Positions 14,501-26,740 of a DNA stretch of 64,000 nucleotides are shown here, one piece after another (the first letter of the stretch is position 1; each line of letters opens with the position of its first letter). The DNA is from Azolla caroliniana. Lineage: Eukaryota; Plantae; Polypodiophyta. Under the pieces are notes generated by a model. It was not told where the DNA came from. It did not search any database and worked only from the letters and a program-made list of their open reading frames with translations. The position numbers and the translations under genes were made by a program. The DNA lies in NCBI GenBank assembly GCA_043228905.1, contig JBHGNT010000005.1, positions 18,600,001 through 18,664,000 on the forward strand, read 5' to 3'.

Positions 14501-16070
14501 GCTGGGGCATGCTCCTCTCCGCAAATCCCTAAGTGCCTCCAAGAGTTCTAATTGAGAAATGGGGCTATCGAGCACAACTTCCATCTCATGGGTGACCTTG
14601 GGGTGAATGCATGCCATCACTCTCTCAGCCAGCTCCGTGTTTTGCCGCATATGCATAGGTGCGAGTAGGTCGTGATAGTATTGTGTTGCCATATGCAGAA
14701 TCTCATCCTTGTCCTTCATTATTGAGCTGTTTGGTTTGCGTAGCCCTTGTATATGTCCACCACCACCCTTGGGTGCCTTGGAGTGAAAGAAATGACGGTT
14801 TACCTTGTCATCTGTTCTAGCCCACCATGTTGCGGCCCTTCGAAATAACATGCAGTTCTTCTCCAACGTCCTTTCCCACAGCTTCAACTTTGCTTCCTCC
14901 AGCTTAGCTCTAGACCAATTGTAGCTAGGGTCTGCTTGTAGCAATCGTTGCGCGGCTGCAACGGACTTCCGTAATTTTGTTTCAATGGCTCTAGCCTGCT
15001 GGAGGCCCAGCTTGGTTTCCTGTTGTAAAAAGGAGGAGGAGAGGGCTAGTTTCTTTTGCAAATCCTCATTGGCCGATTCACTTACAATGATCTCCTACCA
15101 TATGCTCTGCAACCCTGCTTTCACCTTTGCACTCTTCATGATCTTTGTGGGGATTTTCACAATGAGACTCCCCTTGCTACCGCGGGGTGGGTTAAGGTCT
15201 AGCCTCATCGGCTGGTGATCCGAGAAGGTAAGACTTGCCAAGATAGCGAAGGAGCTCCCCAACTCTTCGAGGGATGAGCTGATGTATATGCGGTCTAGGC
15301 GCACAAGACTACCACCCCTAGCATTCATGGCAGCTTGAGAGAAGTGTAGCGAATGTGAGCATCTCCTAAGGGAAGAGCCCCATGTATCCTTCACCCTAAT
15401 TTTCCCAATTAGGAAAGCCCATGAGTTCAACTCCGCACCATGAAGCGGTCTTTGGGTTCCCCCTTTCCTATCTCCCAGATGCTCAGTCATGTTGAAATAT
15501 CCAGCCATTACCCACACCTCTGCATTAGGCAATGTTGTTGCTAACATCCTCCAAAAGATTGCTCTCTCGGGGGAAGAGTTAGGGGCATAAATGTTTAGCA
15601 CCCCAATTTGAAGGCGATTCCACTTCAACAACACATATAAGGCTCTACCCGCCACCAACGTGCCATGTGATGTTACTTCGTAACGGGCTTGATCGCTAAT
15701 CGAGATGCAGACCCCTCCTCTTCGGTGGAGGTCACCCTGTGCAGCCGACCACCACGTGCTCCATCCGCCCAACAAGGGGTTTACTAGGCTCTGAGTTCTC
15801 TCTTGAGAGAGGTAGTATTCCTACAAAAGCAATATGTCAATGTTGCCCCCTATATTAAGGGGATTCAACTCCTCCCAAAGTCTTTTGCACTCACATTGTT
15901 GCCAGCCTCCACCAAGGCCTTGCACATTCCACGTTAGGATCCTCATCTGAAGGCGGTGAGGTTGACGCTCATGTCGGGGCCGACCCCCATGTTAGGGGGC
16001 AAACTATAATGTACTTCTGGGGGTAGGGACTCCATAGTAGATTGGAGAGCCCCTAAGGGATTCCCAGCAT
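11570..16070 (-). mobile_element. Degenerate L1-type LINE ORF2 (endonuclease, RT, zf-RVT) with frameshifts and stops
   Basis: MRILTWNVQG at 15946; APE motifs NIYAPN, RLDRIY, SDH (15095-15775); RT motifs WRPITILN, LDFEKAYDRV, RQGCPLAP (13859-15061), EYADD at ~13801-13814; GGFGL; zf-RVT-like ETLRHCLWVC (12009-12344). Ends are approximate. Confidence 0.9.
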
Positions 16071-16074
16071 GTCA

Positions 16075-17150
16075 ATAGTTGGAGACTTATTCTCAATCTC
16101 CCAATTGACAATCAACTTCTCTTCCATGAAGACGACGTCTCAGCTCCTAATCACCTTTTTCTCGGCTAAGTCCCACAACCGAAAGACGAATTCATCTGAA
16201 TTGTTGTAGCCGAGAAATATGCACGACCGAGATTTTGGATCTAGCTTCCCCCTTTGGTCCTTTGCCACATGCACATAAGCATGACAACCGAACGCCCTCA
16301 GATGTCGGTATGAGACGTCTTTGCCGCTCCACACCCTTTGTGGAATATCACTGTCCAAGGGTACTGAGGGTGATCGGTTTATTACATATGTTGTCGTCAT
16401 CAATGCCTCAGGCCAGAACGTTTTGGGTAGCTTCACATGTGCAAGCATACTTCAGACCCTCTCCATTATGGTCTAGTTCATTCTCTTGGCCAACCCATTG
16501 AGCTCTAGCGTCTTCGGCACGGTATACTCGAGTCGGATTCCCTGCGCTCGGCAATATTCGTCGAATAGTCTGAGGTACTCTCTGCCATTATCCGCTTAGA
16601 CTGCTTTTAGTTTTCGGTTGGTTTCCCTCTTGCTCCTTGCTTGGAACTCTTTGAAGACGGATAACACATGATCCTTCGTCTTCAGCACGAAAGCCCACAA
16701 CTTCCAACTATAGTCCTCTATGAAGGTTAGGAAAGACTATGACCTAACATGAGACTTCGTGTCCACGTAGCATATGTTCGTATGCACGAGTTCCAACGTC
16801 ATTTTCTTCCTCATCGGGGGCCTCGATCGGAACGAGGTCTGATTTTGTTTTTTGGCCAGGCAATCAACACACTTATCCAGATGCACTTTCTTTACCTCCG
16901 GTAGGAGTTCCTTTTCGGCTAGCATTTGCATTCCCTTCTAGTTCATGTGGCATAACGTCTTGTGCCACAACTCACGGGCTGTGTTGGCTCCGATGTTTAC
17001 TTCCCCTTGGCATAATCGGGCATTCATTATGTACAGTGTGCTAGTTTTCCAGGCTTGAGCCACGATCAAGCTCCCCTTGCAGAACTTCATGAAGTCGTTC
17101 CGAATGCTATCCATGTAGCCTTCCTCATCCAGTGGACCGATTGATATCAA
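16075..17150 (-). mobile_element. Ty1/Copia fragment (GAG-pre-integrase and integrase)
   Basis: LWHKTLCHM, LELVHTNIC, LPKTFWPEA...INRSPS, FGCHAYVHV..RGKLDPKS. Confidence 0.85.
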
Positions 17151-17159
17151 GTTCAGTCA

Positions 17160-17428
17160 AACCTGTTTGTCCGTCAGTTTGTGGATACAACCAAATTCTG
17201 ATGCACCCGACGACCGGGAGAGGACAACCTTTGTCACGGAATGGGGCATTTTCACGGCAATCATCATGGCCTGAAAATGGAACCGATAACATTCTAGAGG
17301 ATCATCATGGAAATATTCAACGATTACCTCCCCCAACATTTATGCATGTATTTTTAGATGATTTCACTATATACGACCGACAACTTGAACTTCTAGAGCA
17401 CCTTCGCCTTTGCTTGGATTCCACTTAG
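17160..17428 (+). mobile_element. Ty3/Gypsy RT fragment
   Basis: GYNQILMHP, frameshifted DRERTTFVTEWG, and MHVFLDDF. Confidence 0.7.
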
Positions 17429-17429
17429 A

Positions 17430-17805
17430 CAAAGGAGAGCACTCTCTTGATACTCCAACAATATGTCTTATTGACTAATGAAGATGAGCCAGAATGCTAC
17501 GAAGAAGCCATGGCAGATGAGCACAAAGAGAAGTGGCAGAGTGCAATACAAGATGAAATGGACTCCTTGCATGAAAATTATACTTACGACTTGATAGAGG
17601 TACCGAAAGGTAAGAGAGCCCTGAGAAAAAAATGGGTCTTGAAGCTGAAAAATGGGGAAGATAGCAGCTCACCCAGATACAAGCCCCGAATTGTAGTAAA
17701 GGGATTTTAACAAAAAAAGGTGGTCGACTTTGATGAGATTTTTGCACCAGTCATAAAGATGACATGCATTCGAACAGTGTTAAGTATTGCTGCCAGTATG
17801 AATCT
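17430..17805 (+). mobile_element. Ty1/Copia RT fragment
   Basis: EPECYEEAM...WQSAIQDEMDSLHEN..RYKPRIVVKGF, then DFDEIFAPV. Confidence 0.85.
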
Positions 17806-17809
17806 AACG

Positions 17810-19359
17810 GAAACCTGACCGATTGGGACATAAAGCTACACATCACATTATGGGCGTATTAGATGACATACAAAACAAACATCCAAGCAACACCTTTCCA
17901 ACTGGCATTCCAACTGTCATGCTAATAGAAATACAGGTTCCAAGCTTGCGAGTGCAAGTACGTGAACGATTAAGCGAGCATGAGTCAGAATGTGTTCGGT
18001 TGGAGAAGCTGTGTGAGCTCGAGGAACACCGAATACTAAGTTTAATGCAGATGGAATTAGAACAACGTTAGAGGAAGGCATTCCTCGACCGACACGGGAA
18101 AGGTAACGAGAAGGAGTTCGGGATCGGAAAACCGGTTTTAGTATTCTAAACACGGATGGGGAGATGCTAGGAAAGCTCTGATTTTGATGGACAAGACCCT
18201 ATTGGAATTTAAGGGGTCATATCAGTTGGGCAATTTAGCAAGAGAGATCATGGAGAAGTGGGTGAACGGATTCTGGCTCAAACCATACAAAGGTCCAGTG
18301 CCGGTGAATCCATTCAAGATTCCGAAGCAACACGAAGAAAACCAAGTTACCAGGGACGCAAGCACCGGAGGCCAACCAGATGCTCTGACCGTCCAAAGAG
18401 ACGAGGCTACTAGACAAGAATCTGACAACACCGGAATCAGAGGCCCAACAAAACCGTTCGAGGTCAGAGAAATCAATGACACATGGAGACAAAAGGTAGA
18501 TTATGTCGTATTTCAGAAGTACGAGAGAGAGAGAGAGAGATGAAAAAAGAGAGATTTTAAATGGCAATGATGGAAAAGAGAGTGGAAAGACGTGATGTAA
18601 GAAAAATACTTAATGAACATCATGCGTTGTAATCATACCTTAATTATCCACAACGTGTGGACATGCTACCCAAGAATAGGCGGCGATGCGTTGACAGAGG
18701 ACTTGGAGAGAGATGGGCACATACAAGGTTACCGAAGCAAGAAGTAATCTCATTTAAAGAAAGAAAACTTCAGAAGTACGAGAGAGAGAGAGACTTAGAG
18801 TACCAGCAAAGCACAGAACCCATGGCACTCACATTAGAGTCAAAGGACTGGCTCCAGAAGAACGACGTTGAAGGATTTATCTGGGTAGCCGAAGCGCTAC
18901 CACTAAAGAACTGGAGAAGGTTGCTAAGACGATCGATGTGGAAGGTATCTCTGACATGACAGTGCAGGCGGCAATCGAGCTTCCATATGGGGGGACTTTA
19001 GTTGATTGAGAACCCATCCATAGAGATCCTGGATGATTATTTTGGAGAGTTCTCAATAGCAAGCAAAGCTTACCGGACATAGGAAGGAGAGAACGTCTTG
19101 TTCCGGGAGATAGCCAGAGTCCTGCTCAAGTATGGGTTTTGTGCATCCCCGACCACTGGCCATGCCGAAGAACAGAGCGGGCTTCATCATAGCATTTTTC
19201 GAAGGCTTGCGGGTGGACTGGCCGTTAGTCATAGTAGTTTCCCTCCAAACAACCATAGTGGCAATGAAAGATGGGAAGAAAGCATGGACCGGAGTTGCAT
19301 AGTGTCTAACAATCCTCGTGCCGCCACAACTCACCATCAAACCAAAGATGCGGGCACGG
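17810..19359 (+). mobile_element. Decayed Gypsy integrase C-terminus and downstream region with extra ORF remnants
   Basis: MLIEIQVPSLRV..., GSYQLGNL...WVNGFWLKPY resemble the integrase 3' (GPY/F) region. A reading frame continues across the solo LTR to 20392+ (AGT|GADDATT). Confidence 0.55.
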
Positions 19360-20391
19360 TGTCGTGAAGATTTTCGACAATGATGAGAAAATTGCATGGA
19401 ATGTACAAAATCGAGTGTGGTTCTTCACACACAACATAAAATAATAATAGTGAAGATACTATTTTATACTAGTTTAATATCTTGGTACAAAAAGATGGAG
19501 GTCTTCAAGAGCTTTCTAATACACTTTACCACATAAGAAACAGACAACTAAGTGGCAAGTTATGTGGGTATGAAGTTTGCGAAGAAGAAGAGAAAAAACA
19601 AAACTACGAGATATACCACATAGACAGGACAAATAAGGATCCTAGAGTATATAAGCAGGGCCAAAATCTATTACTTTATATCTATGAGTGGATCATAGAA
19701 TGTTCAAGGTGACTTGAGCTAAACTAACCGGATGAATGGGTGTGGCCTAACTACTTGTAAAGGTTATGGTTGATCGAGACCGAGATAGGATCAGATCGAA
19801 CCAGTCAGGACAGACGGATTGGTCGGTTGATCGTAGTGCATGGTGTTTTGAAGATTTTCAGTGTAAATACAAGACCAAAAGCCAAGTAGTATTTTGTGTT
19901 TCAAAAGGGATGTGAGCAAGCCTTGAACCTTGCACCTCCAAGTTGAAAGTCAATAGGCTTACCACTAAGCCAAGTCATATCTTCAAAAGTGTTACTTTGA
20001 TAATTTTACATGTAAATTCTCATACATGAGAGCTTAGATGATGACATGGCAAACATGCATTGCATGCATTACGTGCATATCTTGCACCCTCACATGCACC
20101 ATATGCATGGGGGCATCTATAAAAGAGTGGAGGAATCAAGCAAGAAGAAACTAATGAAAAATTTGGGAAAAATAAGAAACTTGTAATCTGATTGTTGATG
20201 TATCTTCTCTCTTAAATCTAAAAGTTAAAAGTTCAATCTTTATCTCAATATCTCTCTTTTGTCATATCAATCTCTCTGAATCTATCTTAAATACTTTCTC
20301 GCTAAAGTTAGTGCAAACTTCGAATCCTTCCGGTCCAGGACCCCGGTGGTTCCGCCTCACGATTCACACGTAGTGAAGGATCTTCACGACA
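19360..20391 (+). mobile_element. Solo LTR H1 (~1030 bp), same lineage as B/C/E/F
   Basis: Perfect 11-bp terminal inverted repeat TGTCGTGAAGA...TCTTCACGACA; flanks ACGG / ATGG (4-bp TSD with one CpG>TpG change); TATAAAA at ~20118; U5 motif shared with B, C, E and F. Confidence 0.8.
19903..19978 (-). ncRNA. tRNA-like Pol III module antisense within LTR H1
   Basis: Minus strand reads TGGCTTAGTGGTAAGCC (A box, D-arm stem GGCTT/AAGCC) ... TGGAGGTGCAAGGTTCAAGGCTTGC (B-box-like, stem GCAAG/CTTGC) ... TTTT. No proper acceptor or anticodon stem. Confidence 0.6.
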
Positions 20392-20898
20392 ATGGGTGCA
20401 GACGATGCCACAACCATCATCAAAATGACAAAAATTACTTGCAAAACACAACATCTGCCTCAACATACTACATTGGATTAGACAACAATCAAATAGGTAA
20501 CCTAACGCTAGTCACTCGCTTGTCGTAATAACTCGTAGTTGTCTGGCCTCCATGAACAACCCCCTTCTGTGCTTCATTTGGCTAGATGACATTTGGAAAG
20601 ATTAGCAGAATCTGTTCCTCTCATTGTCATAGTCACCTAAAGTAGGATCAGCCTAGATAATCGGCACATACTCTCTGTCGGAAATCTCAAAAATCGTCAT
20701 TCGAAATTGAATCGACATACTCGGGTCCAACTCACTGAAGCTAGTCAGCCATAGTCACTTCGGATCGAGACTCCCGAATTTCAAATTAGATTTAGCTTGT
20801 GTTCAAAATCGACTAGAACGAATTTGGGTGAGCCAGTCTACTGCACCCAACCATTGTTCGTAGCCAACCCCGAACAAAGCCTCCCAAATTTGACATAG

Positions 20899-23790
20899 AT
20901 GGCATCAACATCTGGTTCGTCAGAGATGAGTCTAAGGAAGTTCGATGGATCGAACTTCAACTTTTGGAAGGAGCAGATGCTAGAATATCTAATAGTCAAG
21001 GGGCAAATCAACCCCATCGAAAACGAAAATGCTGCAGAAGGATACAAGCCACTCGAATGGGAGAAAATTGACAGAATTGTCCGAGCCACCATTCAGATGC
21101 ACTTATCGAAGTCTGTGTACTTCACGGTGCAATCATGTTTGATTGCCTTCCAACTATGGAAGACACTCTCAGACACCTACGAAAAGAAGGTAGTCGCTAC
21201 GAAGATATATTTGATACGACACTTTTATAACCTTCGTATGCAAGAATCTGATTTGATCCAGGCACACCTCAACGAGTACGAAGTTTGAGCTCCCAAATTT
21301 CAGCTCAAGGGACAACTATCGAGGATGAACTAAGAGCAATGTTGCTTATGAGTAGTCTCCCCCCTTCGTGGGAAACTTTCGTCACAACAGTGTGCAACGC
21401 ATCGACTATGATCATTAAATACTCCTCAATCACGAGCGCAATTATGATTGAAGCAGCTCGGAGGAAATCATTTGCAAACGATTGGGCCAATAACGCATAT
21501 GTAGTACAAGGTTCGACCGACTGATCACACAGTTGAGGAAGAGGTTCTTCACGGCAGCTGAACAACCAACGAAGTCGGAGCTAGTCCCAGGATAATCAAG
21601 TTTGCAATTATTGCAAGAAACCTGGACACATAAAAGCCAATTTCCATGCACTCAAGGCCAAAAACGAGAAGGCTCAATGAGCGGATTAGAAGAGTGACCG
21701 GCATGAGGAGGTCAACTACGTCGGCTCCTCAGCCGAGGTATTGTCAAACGACCCGAACATACTATCCATTGAAATCCCAATCGAATCAAAAGTTCTACTT
21801 ATGATTGAAGAGTCAAGCACTTGACACTTGGCTTCATATCACGTAACTCCTCATCAATCACAATTTCGGCAATACTCAGTCTGACATTCAGAATCGGCAC
21901 AATAGAGCTCAACCTTCTGGGTGGCTCTACATTGGTACTACACAATGTCCGACACGTACCTGAGCTCTCAAGACCTTTGATCTTAGTCGGACAACTGGAT
22001 GAAGATGGCATCCGTGCCGGATTTTCATCAGGAGGGTGGACACTCCACACGGGGAACCTCTTGCTTGCTCGAGGACTGAAAGTAAACTCGTTGTACTTGT
22101 TATATGTCACACTCAAAGAGGGTGACATATAACGGGTACAACAAGTCATTCTTGTGTCATCACTTTGGTCGACATTCCCGTGTCATCACTTTGGCATGGA
22201 CGACTCAGACACCTCAGCAAGGCCGGCATCATGCATTTATCTAGAGCCGGTTACATCCCTAAACTCTCCTTCTCGGATCATCAATTCTACAAGCACTACA
22301 AGTATGACAAAAAAATCGCAATCTCACACCCGACATAAGCATCAAGAGAATCGAGTCCACTCGATTTGGTCCACTCAATTTGGTCCACTCAAACGTCTGT
22401 GGCCCCATGCCATTTCAGTCTCTTGGCGGTGCCTTGTATTTCATCAGCTTCATTGAGGACTCTACTTGGAATGTGTGCGCGTATCCGATAAAGACCAAAG
22501 ATCGAGTGTTCTCGATTTTCTTCGATTGGCTCACTATGGTTGAGAATCAGTCTGGCCGAAAACTGAAATGCTTTTAGACCGATAATGGAGGAGAGTTCAA
22601 ATCTGAAGAATTCGTCAAATTTTTTCGACAACGTAGCATACGACGTGAATATACGACACCCCATAGTTCGGAGCAAAACGGAATTGCCAAGCGGATGAAT
22701 TAGAAAATTCAAGAAAGGATTGTTTCCATGCTTCAACACTCCGGACTATTGGATGGCTTCTGAGCAGAGGCAGTACTTATGGCAGTACACATAATCATTA
22801 TGTCGCCTAGTAGGACTTTAGATACCTCAAGAACTATGGAACGACAACAAGCCGAATTAGGAGAACTTGAGGATTTTCAGGTGCGAGGCATACACCCTCA
22901 TACTGAAAGATGATCGCCGCAAACTTGCACCAAGGTCTAGAAAAAGCATTTTCCTCGGTTATGAACCAGATGGCGAAATCGGCCACCGACTCTGGAACCT
23001 CGAGCATTGACAGATCGTCCAAAGTTCGGACATAGTGTTCAATGAGTTAGCCATGCATCAATCGACTGAAAACCCGATCGAAGTCCGAAGGGTAATTTTT
23101 TCGGATGTGCCAACCCTTCACGAAGGCCCAACCCACAACACAAGATTGGCATCACGGGTAGCCGAAACCTCTAGTACTGACTCGACAACATCCGACTCAG
23201 CACAACTGAATGTTTTGGCTTCTGACCATCTGACTTCAACACCCGATGCGACTAGTCCAATCATACCTCGAAGATCCTAGAGACTGTCGCAGCCCCCGGA
23301 GAGATACTCTCCTGGAATCTTCTTACGGACGCTGGAGAACTGACGTCATACGAAGAAGCATCGGCATCTGCCGATTCGGCCACCTGGCATTTGACCATGG
23401 AGTCCGAAATGAACTCCATTCGAGCAAACCAAACTTGGGACTTGGTCGAACTACCGAAGAAATCGACGTGCTCTTTCGTGCTAATGGGTCTATAGAATTA
23501 AAGAGACGTTTGATTCAGCCACCGCACAATTCAAGACTAGATTAGTTGCGACGGGGTTTCGACAGGAATATGGTGTCGATTTCGATGAAATATTTTCACC
23601 AATGGTGAAAATGACAACCCTCCGCTTTATGCTCGGCATCGTGGCAGTCAAGAATTTGGATCTGATTTAGCAAGATGTCAAAACGACATTCCTCCATGGT
23701 GATCTAGACGAGGAAGTTTATTTGGAGTAGCCGAAAGGCTTCGTCGCACCTGACCAAGAACATCTAGTCTGCCAACTCAGGAAGAGTCTT
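20899..23790 (+). mobile_element. Degenerate Ty1/Copia element A (gag, zinc knuckle, PR, IN, partial RT), interrupted in RT
   Basis: KFDGSNFNFWK, LLMSSLPPSWE, CNYCKKPGH, LHNVRHVPEL, VHSNVCGP, DNGGEF, DFDEIFSP, DVKTTFLHGDL; stops abruptly at LVCQLRKSL|TGT (23790). Confidence 0.88.
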
Positions 23791-24279
23791 TGTTACTCCT
23801 GGACCGGACTTGCCTCTAACACAAGGTGTCCTTTCAAATCACTTCACCAAAGGGTGGTTACGGTAAGGGATTCAACAATAACAACTATAACTGGTTATCT
23901 TCCGGTTCAGTATCCGGATTCACAACACTCATCGATTACACGCGTAAGATCCATACATTGAGCGCAGAACGGAATAGAAACATAAAGATGAACAAGATAA
24001 CAATAACAAAACACTCTTATATTAATATTCCATCCCTTTAATACATCGATGCCCAGATCCTTTTATAGGCCTCCGGTTCTGTGTTACAAAACGATGCTTA
24101 ACCGGCAACCGGCTACGAACCGGTTCGGATCCGGATCGGTATACCTTTTCTGGATCCATCCGTTCCTATAATAATAATAATAATAATTATATTATTATCA
24201 TATCCGGAAACTGGCTCGTCCCTTTTCGTATTACATACTTTGGCCGCCACTAGCCAACACATGGCACGCCCATGGGACA
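23791..24279 (-). mobile_element. LTR-like segment of element G inserted in Copia A RT
   Basis: Starts with TGT exactly where the Copia RT stops; TATAAAAGG on the minus strand at ~24060-24068; possible other end at ...ATGGGACA 24279 (uncertain). No clear PPT. Confidence 0.5.
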
Positions 24280-24299
24280 ATACATTGTTCGTTGAACCC

Positions 24300-26190
24300 A
24301 CGGGTTAGCTCCACTACTCTTCATCCAATATGTCCAAAAAACTTTGGTCCAAGGGTTCGAGGGGTTCCTCGCTTTGGTGCTCCTGCTCCGGCTGTTGGTG
24401 CTGTGGTTGCTCATTCTCGGTTCAGGTGTTCTCGTCTCCCCCGGCTACATCCGTTCTCAACTCCTCTCTAGCTCCTTTTGGCTACTCCCGTCCGGCTCCT
24501 GTTGGTTGCTCCGATCCGGCTTCGGTTTTATTCGGAGGCTGATCCGCAGATTGTTCTTCATCACTGATGTTAATCGCCGCCTTCATTCGTGCCACCTTCT
24601 TTCGTCGATGCTCCCGTTCGAATCGCTCAAACTGGAGTTGGGTGCTGATCTGGTCATCGTCTAATCATTCCAACAGCCTTCAGACAACAACCAATTGCTC
24701 TCCAGCCAAGGACAGAAAGTCATCTGACAACTCTTCCCGAATGGTGACAATGCTTTCTGCATCCATCTTATAGAAGAGGTCGTCATCTTTTCTCCAGTTC
24801 TCGACGTCCGCTCGTAGGGTCCACTTTGTCCACCATTGCACAGAGCTTTCGTCAATCATCCTCTTCGTCCGTTCTTTCCATGCCAACAAAATGTCCCGGA
24901 TCTGGTTTAGCCCTAACTTGGACTTGTCCTCTGCGGCCTGCTTTTCCTCCTTCAATTTCCTTATCAGAGCCACGGTTGCCTAGGCCTGCACCCCATATTC
25001 CAGCAATTGGGTCTGATAGGTTGTTTGAACCCTATCTAGAGCCATTTTTGCTCGTTCAAACTCCTCGTAATGCTACAGGGTGAGCACCGTCCTTTCTCTT
25101 GCCGCCTACTCTAGTAGCTTCACCGACTCGACCGCCTTTGTCCGTTCCTCTGTCAGCGCATCCACTTTCTTTGCTACATCAGCCCAGAGTTCTTTGATCT
25201 TCTCTTGCTGCCGGTCACACGCTGTGATTAACTTCTTATGCTCTACATCAAGTTGTTTGTGATCTCGGTGCAGCTTCTCAAAATCATCTATTTTTTGTTT
25301 TAACTTCCGGTGTATTTGCCCTCGTGCGCGGTCCTCCCTGTTCTTTTGTTGCCGAGCTCCTCCTTGAGTCTTTCCATTTCCGTTTCAGCACTATGCCAGA
25401 GTTTCTCCTTTTCCTGAAGCAGTTTTTCTCTTTCTTCTTTGAGCCGGTCGTTGTTAGCTTGACTTTTTCGAAGGGTCTCGTCAATCCTCTGCTTCTCCTC
25501 CTCGGTTGTCTTCTTTTGCTCCCTTTCTCTGCCTTGTAGGGCCTCTTGAGCCGACAATTCCTCTTTCACGGTGGCTATTTCTTGTTCAAGCTCGTAATTA
25601 TTTATCGGTGCTGTGCTAGCCCCTGGTTCTTTGCTTGTTTGTGTATTACTCGGTGCCACCGACTCTGTGGTTGTATTTGGCCCTGTCTGGGTCGTATCAG
25701 CCGCTTGTTTCTTGGCCTTCTCCAACTCTTCTTCTAAGCTCTGGATCCGTGTCCGGGCCTTTTCTAATTCTTCGGTCGTGGCTAGCAACCGATCCATTTG
25801 CATCCTTTCTTCTTGCTCCATCCGGTTCACAAATCCCGACACCTGCTCCCCCAACCATCTCAACCATTGCCTGCAGGTTCCGTGTTGTATTGGGAGAACG
25901 AATGGCTGTTCGTGCTCTAGTCTTGGTTCAGGCTCTGTTCTAAACCATTGGGTCAGTGGCACCAATGTCTGCTTTGGACGATGTCCCTCATGCTGTTGTT
26001 CTTGAAGGCCCAGTGAGGTCCGATTCTCTGTACCCGGTTCCTACTGATCCGTGGTCACCGCTTTTGGCCTTATTTTCGATTTTGCCTCCGTCCGGGTTCT
26101 ACCACCACTGAGCAGGTCGTTGGGGCGTTGTCCAACATTGGACCTGATCCTTCCCCTTGTTGATATGTATCGCGCTTGCCTGGTCGACAT
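24300..26190 (-). pseudogene. Decayed coiled-coil-rich ORF of element G; continues at 56876-57225
   Basis: E/K/Q-rich ORF pieces at 25300-25965 and 24680-24973. The frame is open across the 26190/56876 junction (...EEDPTETLQR|RPGKRDTYQQGEGSG). Confidence 0.55.
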
Positions 26191-26663
26191 TGTCGTGAAG
26201 ATCCATCACTATGTGCGGATCGTGAGGCAGAACCGCCGGGGTTCGGGACCGGAAGAACTCGAAGTACGCACAAGCTTTAGCAAGAAAGTATTTAAGATAG
26301 ATTGAGAGAGAGAAATTGAGATTAAATGCTTGACTTTAGATTGAGAGAGATTGAAATGGAGAGAGAGATTAAGATTGAACTTTTAACTTTTAGATTTAAG
26401 AAACAAGATATATCATCAATTGGATGACGAATTTTCTTCTTATTAAATTCTTTAATAGTACATCAATACCCTTTTGATCTTTTTCATCCACCCTTTTATA
26501 GATGCTCCCATTCATATGATGCACGTGAGGGTACAAGACATGCATACAATGCATGGAATGCATGTGAGCCATTTGGCGCTCATGCATCACATGTCACTCA
26601 ATCAAGCTCTAATATGAGAATTTACATGTAAAAGTATAATGATAGGAAATATAATTTCTAAAG

Positions 26664-26740
26664 AAATGATTTGGCTTAATGGTAAGCCTATTGTTTCCTA
26701 TCTTGGAGGTGCAAAGTTCGAGTCTTGCTTACATCTTTTT
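26664..26740 (+). ncRNA. tRNA-like Pol III module antisense within LTR H2
   Basis: TGGCTTAATGGTAAGCC ... TGGAGGTGCAAAGTTCGAGTCTTGC ... TTTTT. Confidence 0.62.

Noticed and set aside
19903-19978. Calling the LTR tRNA-like units true tRNA genes
   Set aside because: No complete acceptor and anticodon stems; reported as tRNA-derived modules instead.
20641-20655. AGTAGGATCAGCC as a degenerate Met PBS of Copia A
   Set aside because: Too many mismatches and no recognisable 5' LTR.
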